Assembly (NCBI GenBank): GCA_030650025.1
Contig: JAUSEN010000009.1
Location: 29,144 to 93,143, forward strand
Reading direction: 5' to 3'
Length of the DNA: 64,000 nucleotides
Origin: Candidatus Magasanikiibacteriota bacterium
GTDB taxonomy: Bacteria; Patescibacteriota; Patescibacteriia; Magasanikbacterales; GWA2-37-8
Every line of letters begins with the position of its first letter. Within the stretch, counting starts at the first letter, position 1. Made by a program: the position numbers and the translations under genes. Below the pieces are notes generated by a model that did no database searches, was not told the origin of the DNA, and was given only the letters and a program-made list of their open reading frames with translations. Shown here one piece after another: positions 46,496 to 55,763 of the stretch.

Positions 46496-47491
46496 TCAGT
46501 TAAGTTTTTCTGGTTTAACAGTTGGAAATCGCTCGATCATTTTTTCAATCTCGGTTTGATTTAACAACAGCCCCGCGTGCGGCCCGTGCGCCGAAATAAC
46601 CCCCGTGCTGTTCGCTGTTCCCCATTCTAGGGCGTGAGGCAGGTCATGCCGCGCCAGGCGCGCCGCGAGGTACCCGGCCGAGAAAGCGTCGCCCGCGCCG
46701 GTTTTGGACACTACCTTTACCGGGTAACTGCCAATTTGCCAAACCTCTTCTTTACTGCCCGCGAAGGCTCCGCGCGGGCCGTTTGTCAATATTACTTCTT
46801 TAGCGCCCAACAGAAGTAACGCTTCAATTAAGGCTTTTTCCGATTTTGCCGCGGCGAGACTCTGGCCGCTAATTTTTTCCGCCTCTTCTAAATTAACAAT
46901 TAAAATATCGGCGTGGCGGGCGGCTTCGCGCAAGTCCTCCCGCGCGTTTTTTAGCATGTATGACCCCGGGTTGACGGCCAAGCGCACGCTTTTGTGAGTG
47001 TCTAGAAAGGCTAGCAAATTTTTTTGAATGTTCTCAAAACCTTCAGATAATCCGCTATAAAATATCCACGAACATTCCGGAATCGGCTCGGGCCAGATAT
47101 AATTTTTCTTTTCCGCGTAAGATAAAATTGTGCGCTCCGCTTTGTAGTTTAAAACAATTGAGTAGCGCGTGTCGGCCCCGGCTTCTTTAGTTATTAAGCT
47201 CGTGTCGACTTTGAATTTTTTAAATAAGTCTATCACTAGCTGGCCATTAGAATCATCGCCGACGGTTGAGATAAAAGCGGTTTTGAGGCCAAGTCGACTT
47301 AAGGCCACAGTGGTGTTGGCGGCGTTACCCCCCAGTGTCTGGAAGCTGTCTGCAATTGATATTTTAGCGCCATACTCTAAACACAGCTGCTTTCTTCCGG
47401 CAATTTCCTTTAATTCTACCTCGTTGGTTTTATCGCCAATCTGAACGTGGGTATCAATAATCGGGTCGCCGATTCCAAGGACATCAAACAT
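46496..47491 (-). CDS. PfkB-family carbohydrate/nucleoside kinase
   Basis: GG motif GGNAANT and the C-terminal anion hole TGAGDAFSAGYL. Confidence 0.8.
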   Translation of the reverse strand: MFDVLGIGDPIIDTHVQIGDKTNEVELKEIAGRKQLCLEYGAKISIADSFQTLGGNAANTTVALSRLGLKTAFISTVGDDSNGQLVIDLFKKFKVDTSLITKEAGADTRYSIVLNYKAERTILSYAEKKNYIWPEPIPECSWIFYSGLSEGFENIQKNLLAFLDTHKSVRLAVNPGSYMLKNAREDLREAARHADILIVNLEEAEKISGQSLAAAKSEKALIEALLLLGAKEVILTNGPRGAFAGSKEEVWQIGSYPVKVVSKTGAGDAFSAGYLAARLARHDLPHALEWGTANSTGVISAHGPHAGLLLNQTEIEKMIERFPTVKPEKLN

Positions 47492-47521
47492 ATGATTTAT
47501 TCGAAATCATGCCGCGCAACG

Positions 47522-47869
47522 TCAGTTGAAGCGCGGCGACATCTTTCCGTCGTTATGTTCGTATTTTTCCGTATTAGCTACCGTATGGTGGTGCTTGCCG
47601 CGCCAAATTTGTATTAACTCGCGGCCCGCCACCAGAATCATGCCAACTGTGGCGAACATTATTACGTAATCCTGGCGCACTAGGGCGTATACAAACAGCG
47701 ACGCCGCCCCAACCACGAACACGGCATCCTGCCGCCGCTCGGCTTCGAGGAGGATGGCGTACATTAAGGCCAAGCCTCCCATGAATCCAATTACTATAAC
47801 CGCCAGGTTAACATAGCTAAAGTCCATTCCCGGCACCGAGTTTACAACGAAGTTAAGAAATTTATCCAT
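47522..47869 (-). CDS. hypothetical small membrane protein
   Basis: 115 aa with 3 TM segments. Confidence 0.3.
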   Translation of the reverse strand: MDKFLNFVVNSVPGMDFSYVNLAVIVIGFMGGLALMYAILLEAERRQDAVFVVGAASLFVYALVRQDYVIMFATVGMILVAGRELIQIWRGKHHHTVANTEKYEHNDGKMSPRFN

Positions 47870-47914
47870 AGCAATTAAAATTTTAAAAATTAATTAGTTA
47901 ATTTAAATTTTATT

Positions 47915-48169
47915 TCACTTAAAAATCGCTATTAATTTCCCCCGCCAGCTTATTTTTTGATGCCAGTGGTACCAAGTAACCACAATGTACACGCTCTGCA
48001 AAATTATAAATATTAAGTCTTTTAGATAAACACTATAGATTAAGAGGAACAAACCGCCAAAAATAAACCAGCGGTCGCGCTTCTCGCTGGCGCGTATCAG
48101 CACCCCGCGGCTAATAGCGAGCAAGCCTAAAACTCCGCAAGTCTTAAAAATAATTGGTGTGAGTAACAT
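47915..48169 (-). CDS. hypothetical small membrane protein
   Basis: 84 aa with 2-3 TM segments. Confidence 0.3.
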   Translation of the reverse strand: MLLTPIIFKTCGVLGLLAISRGVLIRASEKRDRWFIFGGLFLLIYSVYLKDLIFIILQSVYIVVTWYHWHQKISWRGKLIAIFK

Positions 48170-48224
48170 GATATTGATTAAGTCTATAATATACCGTATT
48201 TATACTGTTTCGACAATAAAATTT

Positions 48225-49172
48225 TTAGGGTTTCCACGTATTCACATACCCAATCGCTTCGAGCGCGGCCACCACCCCGGTGCCCGCGGCAATCGCGATT
48301 TGTTTATGAGGAATATTGGTAACGTCGCCCGCCGCGAAGATGCCCGGGACGCTGGTATGGCAGAGCTGGTCAGTCACAATTTCGCCGAGCGAATTTTTTT
48401 TGAGCTTACTAGCGAATTGAGAATTAGGAATCATGCCAATATGAACCATGACGCCTTGCACGACAATAGTTTTATTTTCGCCCGCGGCGGTTTTATATTT
48501 TAACGCCTCTACTTTAGTGTCACCCACAATTTCGGTCGTATCCGCTTCGTAAATTATTTCGATATTATTTAACGCTTTTACTTTTTCAATCAAAATCGCG
48601 TCTCCCTTCGGGAAGCCGCCTTGGAATTCGGGCGTATTTTTAAATTTGGTTAAGAGGTATTCTTTTTCCGCGAGGCTACCCATCATAAGAGCGCTCTCGA
48701 GCGCCGAGTTTCCCGCGCCAATCGTGGCCGTGATCTTCTTTTTATAAAGCGGGCCATCGCAAACCGTGCAATACGTCACACCCTTGCGGTCGAGCTTGTC
48801 TTCTCCGGGCACGCCAAGGCGCTTGGGGTGGATGCCAGTGCCGATAATTACGGTTTTGGTTTCGAGCGCTACGGCTTCGCCGTTCGATTTTTCAGCGCGA
48901 ACTACGTGGTAATTTTTTGTGGGGACAATGTCCGTCACGCGCCAACCTTCTTCTATATTAACATCATAGCTTTTGGCGTGCTCGGCGAATTTTTGCGCCA
49001 AATCAAAGCCATCGATGCTGATGATGCCCGGCCAGTTATTGGTTTCGCCGCTCAAAGCCACTTCGCCGCCGATATTTTCGGTAATTAAGCGAAAATTTAA
49101 TTTGCGCCGCGCCGCGTAAATGGCCGCGCTACAGCCTACCGCCGCGCCGCCGATAATCACTAAATCCAGCAT
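48225..49172 (-). CDS. trxB: thioredoxin-disulfide reductase
   Basis: FAD site IIGGAAVGCSAAIYAAR, redox-active CTVCDG, and an NADPH GxGxxA motif. Confidence 0.85.
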   Translation of the reverse strand: MLDLVIIGGAAVGCSAAIYAARRKLNFRLITENIGGEVALSGETNNWPGIISIDGFDLAQKFAEHAKSYDVNIEEGWRVTDIVPTKNYHVVRAEKSNGEAVALETKTVIIGTGIHPKRLGVPGEDKLDRKGVTYCTVCDGPLYKKKITATIGAGNSALESALMMGSLAEKEYLLTKFKNTPEFQGGFPKGDAILIEKVKALNNIEIIYEADTTEIVGDTKVEALKYKTAAGENKTIVVQGVMVHIGMIPNSQFASKLKKNSLGEIVTDQLCHTSVPGIFAAGDVTNIPHKQIAIAAGTGVVAALEAIGYVNTWKP

Positions 49173-49188
49173 ATGATTTATTCGAGAT

Positions 49189-49593
49189 TTAACTGATCTG
49201 TGATAAAATTTCTTCTAGGCCAAGCCTCTTGGTTTTAGAATAATCCCTCATTTCTTTAATTGTCAGTTGGAACATTTCCACGGCTCTTCTCCGGCCTTCT
49301 ATATCGGTCGCTTGAGCAAAATGTCCGGCTTGGACATCAGCGTCGCGCATTGAATCTGCCATAAAAGCATCAGATAAAATTTTTGTTTGGGTTGAATTGA
49401 TTTCATTTTTCGCATCTCTTTTATTAATGGCATCTCTTAAGGCGTTATGCCTATTGGCTAAAAACAATGGCGGCAGTTTTAAAGGATCATTCTTTACTGC
49501 TGAGGCTAAGCTATGTCCAAAATTAATTTCCGGTTCTTCTTGTTTCTTCTTGGCTTCCTTCCGGCCTCCTCCTTCCATTGCTCTTAATACCAT
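49189..49593 (-). CDS. hypothetical protein
   Basis: 134-aa charged ORF with no family recognised. Confidence 0.3.
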   Translation of the reverse strand: MVLRAMEGGGRKEAKKKQEEPEINFGHSLASAVKNDPLKLPPLFLANRHNALRDAINKRDAKNEINSTQTKILSDAFMADSMRDADVQAGHFAQATDIEGRRRAVEMFQLTIKEMRDYSKTKRLGLEEILSQIS

Positions 49594-49598
49594 ACAAT

Positions 49599-50246
49599 CT
49601 AAATTAATGTTTTAACTAATTCATTATACGCCGCTTCCATATCCGCGGCTTTAGTAAAAAAACTACCCACATTTAAAATTTCCGCGCCGGCCGCCACCAA
49701 CTGGGGCGCAGTCTCCAAATTTACCCCGCCATCTACCGCGCAAAGCGGCCGTGTCGCCCCATTCTCTTTTGTAAACTCTTTAATTTTTTCTAGCACTGCT
49801 GGCACAAATGGCGCGCCTTGGGCTCCGGGGTGCACGGTCATGAATAATAGCACTTCGATATCAGACCAATATTTTTTTACTTTATTTAAATCTGTTTCCG
49901 GGTTAATAACGATGCCAACGCTCCAACCTTGGTTCTTGGCAAAAGCAACGCAATCCGTTGGGTTGTCCTCTGCCTCGATTGGGAAGATCACCCGAAAAAC
50001 ATTTTTCACGTGCGCCCAGGTTTTCATCTCGGCCAAGGGGTGCGCCACCATCAAATGCAATTCATATTTTAAATTTAGTTTTAGACTGTTTATTTCAATT
50101 CGCTCCGCGAATGACGTACCGGGCACAAATTGGCCGTCCATCACGTCTATTTGGATATAGGGCAAAAAATTCTGCGCTATCTCGGCTTGTTTTTTAAATT
50201 CCTCAAAATTATTTGTTAGAATTGTCAGAGTAACAACTGGCGGCAT
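49599..50246 (-). CDS. rpe: ribulose-phosphate 3-epimerase
   Basis: IDVMDGQFVP, MTVHPGAQG and VDGGV motifs. Confidence 0.85.
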   Translation of the reverse strand: MPPVVTLTILTNNFEEFKKQAEIAQNFLPYIQIDVMDGQFVPGTSFAERIEINSLKLNLKYELHLMVAHPLAEMKTWAHVKNVFRVIFPIEAEDNPTDCVAFAKNQGWSVGIVINPETDLNKVKKYWSDIEVLLFMTVHPGAQGAPFVPAVLEKIKEFTKENGATRPLCAVDGGVNLETAPQLVAAGAEILNVGSFFTKAADMEAAYNELVKTLI

Positions 50247-50260
50247 AGTTTAGTCTTGGG

Positions 50261-50725
50261 TTATTTTTCTAAACTCTCAATTTTTTTAAGCCTTCGCAAA
50301 AATCTGGGGTCATTATCGTATTTTTCGTTTAAAAATGTTTTCACCATTTGGGCCGCGTGTTCGCTGGAACAATATTCCGCCGCCAAGCACAGCACATTGG
50401 CATGGTCGTCGCGCACTGTCCATTTTACGTTTTCAATGCTAAAACCCATCATCGCCCGGATGCCCGCGATTTTATTGGCCGTCATCGCCATGCCCTGCCC
50501 GCCGCGGCAAATTAAAATTCCGCGGTTCCCGCCTTCGCGGCGGGCAGGATTTTTATTTTTTACGACTTTTTTGGCGAGGAGCGCGGCAAAATCCTGTAAA
50601 TCATCGGTAGCTACATATTTTTTTGGCCCTAAATCTACCGCCTTAATCTTGAGTTGGTTTTTAAAATAGCGCAGTAAATATTTTTTTAGCTGGTAACCGC
50701 CGTGATCCGAAGCAATATAGAGCAT
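50261..50725 (-). CDS. rpiB: ribose-5-phosphate isomerase B
   Basis: RpiB/LacAB family ILICRGGQGMAMTANK plus the N-terminal SDHGG. Confidence 0.85.
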   Translation of the reverse strand: MLYIASDHGGYQLKKYLLRYFKNQLKIKAVDLGPKKYVATDDLQDFAALLAKKVVKNKNPARREGGNRGILICRGGQGMAMTANKIAGIRAMMGFSIENVKWTVRDDHANVLCLAAEYCSSEHAAQMVKTFLNEKYDNDPRFLRRLKKIESLEK

Positions 50726-50848
50726 AATTTAGCAAAAAAACAAAAATCCAACAATTTTATTCCTCATGATTATTCACTATTATACCGCCAATCGCACTTT
50801 CTTGGCAAGGCTTAAAAAGCCGCAATTTAGCGAAATATAGCGAAATCC

Positions 50849-50877
50849 TTGACAAAAACCGTGATTTTGTATATGAT
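50849..50877 (+). promoter_or_regulatory. Sigma70-like promoter TTGACA-17-TATGAT, AT-rich, driving the high-GC island D gene.
   Basis: cttgacaaaaaccgtgattttgtatatgat, preceded by the direct repeat tagcgaaat x2. Confidence 0.5.
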
Positions 50878-50979
50878 TATTTGTTCAGAGCGGTGGCCAT
50901 GCCCAGCGCCGCTTTGGTTATTCGTTCCCTGGGCTAAAACAAAGGAAAAAAGAAGTACGATACGAAAGGTAGGCAAGAA

Positions 50980-51729
50980 ATGGGATCGAGGAATCTGAAG
51001 AGTGGAAGCCTGGTTCTCCAGGAGGACGTCAGGAAGGACTTCCGCGGGTCGGAAGGCATGCTGGAGCTCCTCATGACCGTTCTCACCGGTCTCCTGACGG
51101 GAACCGTGATCATCCGCTACATGGACCGGGTGAAGGGTGGCCCCGGACATCAGAGCCAGGTGCGAGCCGTCCGGTTCGATAACGTTCGCCACCAGATCAT
51201 CCTGACGGCCCAGCCGGGCGACAACAAGACCCACTGGCGGCTGTCACTCACTCTGGCGCGAACAACCGACTTAAGCAAGGTGTACGCCGCGCTCGTCGCA
51301 AGGCTCGGTGTTACTCCGGCAGAAGTAGTCGGTAACAACGGCTCACCGGGCGACCAAGCCGCTCTGCGCGTCGAGCTGGCGCGGCTCGAACAGCTTCATG
51401 GCGAGCAGAAGGCCGAGCATGATCGTCATCAGGCGGCCGAAGCCGAGCGCGCAGTTCAGCGTGAGGGGCTCGTAAATGATCGCAGGGCGCTCGAAGAGCT
51501 CATCGTCGAGGTCGACGAGGAGAGTCGGCGCGCCACTGCCGCCCGGGCCGCGGCCGAAGAAGCCCTCGAACAGACCGAGCTTGAGCTCGACGAGGTCAGG
51601 GACAAGCTCGAGGCCATCAGGAAGAAGGCCGATGCCCTCGCTGCCGCGCGTCAGCTCCTGGCCGAGGCCAACCTCGACCTCGCTGACCCGGGCGTGCTCG
51701 CGGCCCTGCGCGGAGAGCCGGCCAAGTAG
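50980..51729 (+). CDS. hypothetical TM plus coiled-coil protein (high-GC island D)
   Basis: 249 aa with TM LLMTVLTGLLTGTVII and a long Ala/Glu/Arg-rich coiled coil. The gene is about 68% GC, and the composition switch falls within about 15 nt of the start codon. Confidence 0.4.
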   Translation: MGSRNLKSGSLVLQEDVRKDFRGSEGMLELLMTVLTGLLTGTVIIRYMDRVKGGPGHQSQVRAVRFDNVRHQIILTAQPGDNKTHWRLSLTLARTTDLSKVYAALVARLGVTPAEVVGNNGSPGDQAALRVELARLEQLHGEQKAEHDRHQAAEAERAVQREGLVNDRRALEELIVEVDEESRRATAARAAAEEALEQTELELDEVRDKLEAIRKKADALAAARQLLAEANLDLADPGVLAALRGEPAK

Positions 51730-51765
51730 GGTTCCGCCACCCCAACGTACTTCCATTTCCAACCC

Positions 51766-51790
51766 CTGCCGGTCCCGAGGCGACCGGCAG
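51766..51790 (+). terminator. GC-rich hairpin terminator of the island D gene
   Basis: ctgccggtc-ccgaggc-gaccggcag. Confidence 0.55.
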
Positions 51791-52104
51791 TACTCACAAA
51801 ACATCACTATTCAAGTGGTGTTTTTTGATGCCACAGATTTTGAAATACAAATAATTGACAAAATTTAGCATTTTTAGTACTCTTAAATTAAGACGTTTTG
51901 CCCATTATCGACGGGCAGAGCTCGTCCGCCGCGGCGGGCGGGATCGCGTTAAGAGCAGAAATCCTGCGACCATCAGTCGTTGGAGAGTAGACCTCTTCGG
52001 GAATGCCCGTTACAGCTCAAAATTAAGCGAAAGCACAAGATGGTACCGTCCAGTCATTCGACCGGACTCTTGGCACGAATATTTTCGTGTTTTTTTATTG
52101 AAAA

Positions 52105-52518
52105 TTAGCAATGAGCAACTAACAATTAACAAGTGAGTATGAACGAAAAGCAGAATCCGTTGTTTGTAAAGGCAGATTTATTGGCAAAAGAGGCATATCA
52201 AATTGCCCAAAAATTTCCTAAACATGAGATGTACGGGCTAACGTCTCAATTGAGACGTGCGGGATTGTCGGTTATTCTAAATATTGTTGAAGGTTTTGCC
52301 AGGCAGAGCAAAGCTGAATTTCGTAGGTTTTTAATAATATCCTTTGGCTCATTAAAAGAAACAAAATATTTATTGAATTTTGCCAAAGAACAAAAATATT
52401 TAACAGATAAAAAATACAGCGAGGTTTTAGGAATGACGGAGGAAGTAGCTCGCATATTATGGTCATCAATAAAGTCTCTAAAATAGGTTTGTTAATTGTT
52501 CATTGCTAATTGTTAATT
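52105..52518 (+). mobile_element. Small TIR-flanked insertion (IVS-like element) carrying a four-helix-bundle gene, inserted at the ileS start.
   Basis: Left TIR attagcaatgagcaactaacaattaacaa. Right TIR ttgttaattgttcattgctaattgttaatt is its near-perfect reverse complement. Confidence 0.55.
52133..52486 (+). CDS. four-helix-bundle protein (23S rRNA intervening-sequence protein family)
   Basis: 117 aa of all-helical pattern with PKHEMYGLTSQLRRAGLSVILNIVEGFAR, typical of the PF05635/TIGR02436 family. Confidence 0.65.
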   Translation: MSMNEKQNPLFVKADLLAKEAYQIAQKFPKHEMYGLTSQLRRAGLSVILNIVEGFARQSKAEFRRFLIISFGSLKETKYLLNFAKEQKYLTDKKYSEVLGMTEEVARILWSSIKSLK

Positions 52519-52523
52519 CGTGT

Positions 52524-55500
52524 ATGTACGACGCCAATTCCGAAGAACAAAAAATTTTAGAATTCTGGGAAAAGGACAAAACGTTTGCCAAATCCGTCAA
52601 TGAACGTCCGGAAAATAAGCCCTATGTCTTTTACGACGGCCCGCCGTTTGCCACGGGCCTCCCGCACTACGGGCATATTTTAGCGTCCGTTATTAAAGAC
52701 GTGGTGCCGCGCTACTTTACTATGAAGGGGTTTAGCGTGCGCCGCCGTTGGGGGTGGGATTGCCACGGCCTCCCAATTGAAAGCCTCGTTGAAAAAGAAC
52801 TAAATATTTCCGGTAAAAAAGACATCGCGGATAAATTAGGCGTTGATAAATTTAACAACGCTTGTCGTTCTAAAGTTTTGCAGTATACCGAGGAGTGGAA
52901 AAAGATGGTGGCGCGCGTGGGCCGCTGGGTGGAATTTGATAATTCGTATAAAACCATGGATCCCACCTATATGGAGAGTGTCTGGTGGGCCCTCAAAACC
53001 ATTTGGGATAAAAATTTAATTTACGAAGGCCGCAAAGTTTTAATGTACTGCCCGCACTGCGAAACGCCAGTCAGTAAAGCCGAAATCGCCATGGACAACA
53101 GCTATAAAGATATTACCGAAGAAGCGGTAACGGCACGGTTTAAAGTAATTGAACCAGCTAAGCATGGTCTGCCTAAAAATTCTTTTATTTTGGCCTGGAC
53201 TACCACTCCGTGGACACTACCGGGCAATGTGGCGCTCGCGGTCGGCGAAAAAATACTTTATTCGGCCGTAGAGTTAAACGGTGAAGTTTTAATTGTGGCG
53301 GACGATTTGGTTGAGAAAATTTTTGTCGGGCAACCTGCCCGCAATGCTGCGCATAGCGCTGCAGGCGGGGAGTTTAAAAAAATAAAATCATTTCCCGGCA
53401 ACAGTTTAGTTGGCATTAAATACGAGCCGCTTTTTGATATGCCGGCTATGCGAGAGGCCGAGAGTAAAAAAGTTTACGAAGTGGTAGCCGCTGATTTTGT
53501 GAATACCGATGAGGGCACCGGCGTGGTGCACACGGCCGTAGTGTATGGCGAAGATGATTATAATTTGGGAATGGCCGAGGGGCTCCCAGCCGTGCCCATG
53601 TTAAATGATAAGGGTGAGTATAATAAAGTCGCTCCCGCCTTCCTGCAGGGCAAGTTTATTAAACAAGCCGAAAAAGAAATTAAAAAATATTTAGATGAAA
53701 AAGGGTTTTTATTTGCTAAAAATCAGAACACACATTCGTATCCACACTGCTGGCGTTGTGATACGCCGCTTATTTATAACGCTATTTCGGCCTGGTTTAT
53801 TAATATCCAAACCATTAAACCGCGTTTAATAGAATTAAACGAAAAAATTAATTGGTACCCCGAGCACCTAAAACATGGCCGTTTTAAAAATATTTTAGAA
53901 ACCGCGCCGGATTGGAACATCTCCCGCAACCGCTATTGGGCCACGCCCCTGCCGTTTTGGAAGTGTGCAAATCAAGAAAGCAAAAAAACAAAAAAACAAA
54001 AAAACAATTCCCAGTGCGACAATGTGGTGTGTGTGGGGAGTGTAGCGGAGTTGAAAGAGAAGGCAATTAATTTCTCCGAGGTTTTTTCTTCTGATAAAGT
54101 TGTCGAATTGGATTTGCACAAACACATCGTGGATAAAATTAAATTAAAATGCGATCAGTGCGGCGGTAGTATGGAGCGCATTCCAGAAGTGATTGATTGC
54201 TGGGTAGAATCGGGGAGCATGCCTTTTGCCGAATATCATTACCCGTTTGAAAACAAAGCCGTCTTTCACAAACGTTTTCCCGGGCAATACATTGCCGAAT
54301 ACATTAACCAAACTCGGGCTTGGTTTTATTATATGCATGCCATGGCGGGGTTACTTTTTGATAGCAACAGTTTTGAAAATTGCGTTACCACCGGCGAAAT
54401 TCAAAACGAAAAAGGCGAGAAATTGTCTAAATCAAAGAAAAATTATCCGGACCCTTGGATTATCATAGAAAAGTACGGCGTTGACGCTCTGCGTTATTAT
54501 TTAATGACCAGCCCGGTGATGGAAGCGGAAAATTTATTATTTAACGAGCGCGAAATACGCGAAATTTACAACAAGGTCGTCAACATTTTATGGAACGTGG
54601 TAGAGTTTTATAAATTGTACGCGTCCGAAAGTCCATGGTCCGAAGTCCCTGCCTCACCGGCAGGCAGGCAGGGTCCAGAGTCTAAACATGTTTTAGACCA
54701 GTGGATTCTCGCTAAGCTCCAAATTCTAGTCAAAGAAGCAACCGAACAAATGGACATTTACAATACCGTCAAAGCCGCCCGGCCGATCCGCGAATTTATT
54801 GATGAGTTATCCACCTGGTACGTGCGCCGCTCGCGCGATCGGTTTAAGAGTGAGAACAAGGCAGACCAGGCCGCGGCCCTTGCGACTCTAAAGTTAGTAT
54901 TAGAGACACTGGCTAAACTTATGGCTCCGTTTACTCCGTTTCTTGCCGAGAAAATCTGGTACATCGTAACTGGCGCAAAAACGAGCGTGCATTTGGAGAT
55001 GTGGCCGGTAGTAGACGAAAAATATTTAAACACAGAACTTATCGGGTCAATGTCGACTGTCCGTAAACTAATTGAAACGGCTCTCTCATTGCGCGCCGAG
55101 CATAAAATTAAGGTAAGACAACCACTGGCCTCGTTACAATTTTTTGGGTTTACGCCCTCAAAGATTATCGGCACATCTGAGTGGTATAAAATAATGGAAG
55201 AAGAGTTGAATGTAAAGAAAGTTTCTTCTCTAGAAATGGAAAGTGGTGATTATAGCAATGTTTCGCCGGGTGAAAACAAGGTAATGAAGGAAGCTGACGG
55301 AGTCAAAGTGATATTAGATATTAATATTACCCCCGAGCTTAAACAAGAAGGCCTGACGCGCGAAATTATCCGCACTATCAACCAGATGCGCAAAGAACAA
55401 AAACTTACTATTCAAGATGAAGTGATAGTAAAATATGCGACCGAAGACGCCCTGCTTAAAAAAGTTTTGGCTAATTTTAGCCAAGAAATTTTACGCGCCA

Positions 55501-55595
55501 CCTTAGCCAAAAAAATTATTGAAAGTCCGGAAGCTAGCCAAAAAATCGCTATTGATGGCGCGGAAATAAATTTTTCAGTGGAAAAAAACGGTTGA
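52524..55595 (+). CDS. ileS: isoleucyl-tRNA synthetase (type 2, eukaryote/archaeal-like)
   Basis: HIGH region PHYGHIL, GWDCHGLPIE, KMSKS as KLSKSKKN, and a CP1 editing domain. Start set at MYDANSEEQ...; the first 7 tool-ORF codons lie in the element's right TIR. Confidence 0.85.
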   Translation: MYDANSEEQKILEFWEKDKTFAKSVNERPENKPYVFYDGPPFATGLPHYGHILASVIKDVVPRYFTMKGFSVRRRWGWDCHGLPIESLVEKELNISGKKDIADKLGVDKFNNACRSKVLQYTEEWKKMVARVGRWVEFDNSYKTMDPTYMESVWWALKTIWDKNLIYEGRKVLMYCPHCETPVSKAEIAMDNSYKDITEEAVTARFKVIEPAKHGLPKNSFILAWTTTPWTLPGNVALAVGEKILYSAVELNGEVLIVADDLVEKIFVGQPARNAAHSAAGGEFKKIKSFPGNSLVGIKYEPLFDMPAMREAESKKVYEVVAADFVNTDEGTGVVHTAVVYGEDDYNLGMAEGLPAVPMLNDKGEYNKVAPAFLQGKFIKQAEKEIKKYLDEKGFLFAKNQNTHSYPHCWRCDTPLIYNAISAWFINIQTIKPRLIELNEKINWYPEHLKHGRFKNILETAPDWNISRNRYWATPLPFWKCANQESKKTKKQKNNSQCDNVVCVGSVAELKEKAINFSEVFSSDKVVELDLHKHIVDKIKLKCDQCGGSMERIPEVIDCWVESGSMPFAEYHYPFENKAVFHKRFPGQYIAEYINQTRAWFYYMHAMAGLLFDSNSFENCVTTGEIQNEKGEKLSKSKKNYPDPWIIIEKYGVDALRYYLMTSPVMEAENLLFNEREIREIYNKVVNILWNVVEFYKLYASESPWSEVPASPAGRQGPESKHVLDQWILAKLQILVKEATEQMDIYNTVKAARPIREFIDELSTWYVRRSRDRFKSENKADQAAALATLKLVLETLAKLMAPFTPFLAEKIWYIVTGAKTSVHLEMWPVVDEKYLNTELIGSMSTVRKLIETALSLRAEHKIKVRQPLASLQFFGFTPSKIIGTSEWYKIMEEELNVKKVSSLEMESGDYSNVSPGENKVMKEADGVKVILDINITPELKQEGLTREIIRTINQMRKEQKLTIQDEVIVKYATEDALLKKVLANFSQEILRATLAKKIIESPEASQKIAIDGAEINFSVEKNG

Positions 55596-55620
55596 CAAAA
55601 CAAGGGCAAACCGGTATACT
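55592..55620 (+). promoter_or_regulatory. Sigma70-like promoter TTGACA-17-TATACT overlapping the ileS stop.
   Basis: gttgacaaaacaagggcaaaccggtatact. Confidence 0.45.
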
Positions 55621-55763
55621 GGATTAGTTAAAAATTCCAAATATTATTTATGGAATTGACTAGTTCGAAAGACGACGCAGATCCTGTACCGGCCAATTTG
55701 CTAAAAATTTGCAACAAAACTATTAACCCAAACGGGCGCAAGCTCCTTTGGGTTTTTTAATTT

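Noticed and set aside
47870-47914. Possible stop-codon recoding (TGA as sense) joining the two small membrane ORFs 47915..48169 and 47522..47869
   Set aside because: The 45-nt spacer contains TAA stops in the same frame. rpoB, rpoC and ileS have no internal TGA, and several genes end in TGA. The standard code is retained.
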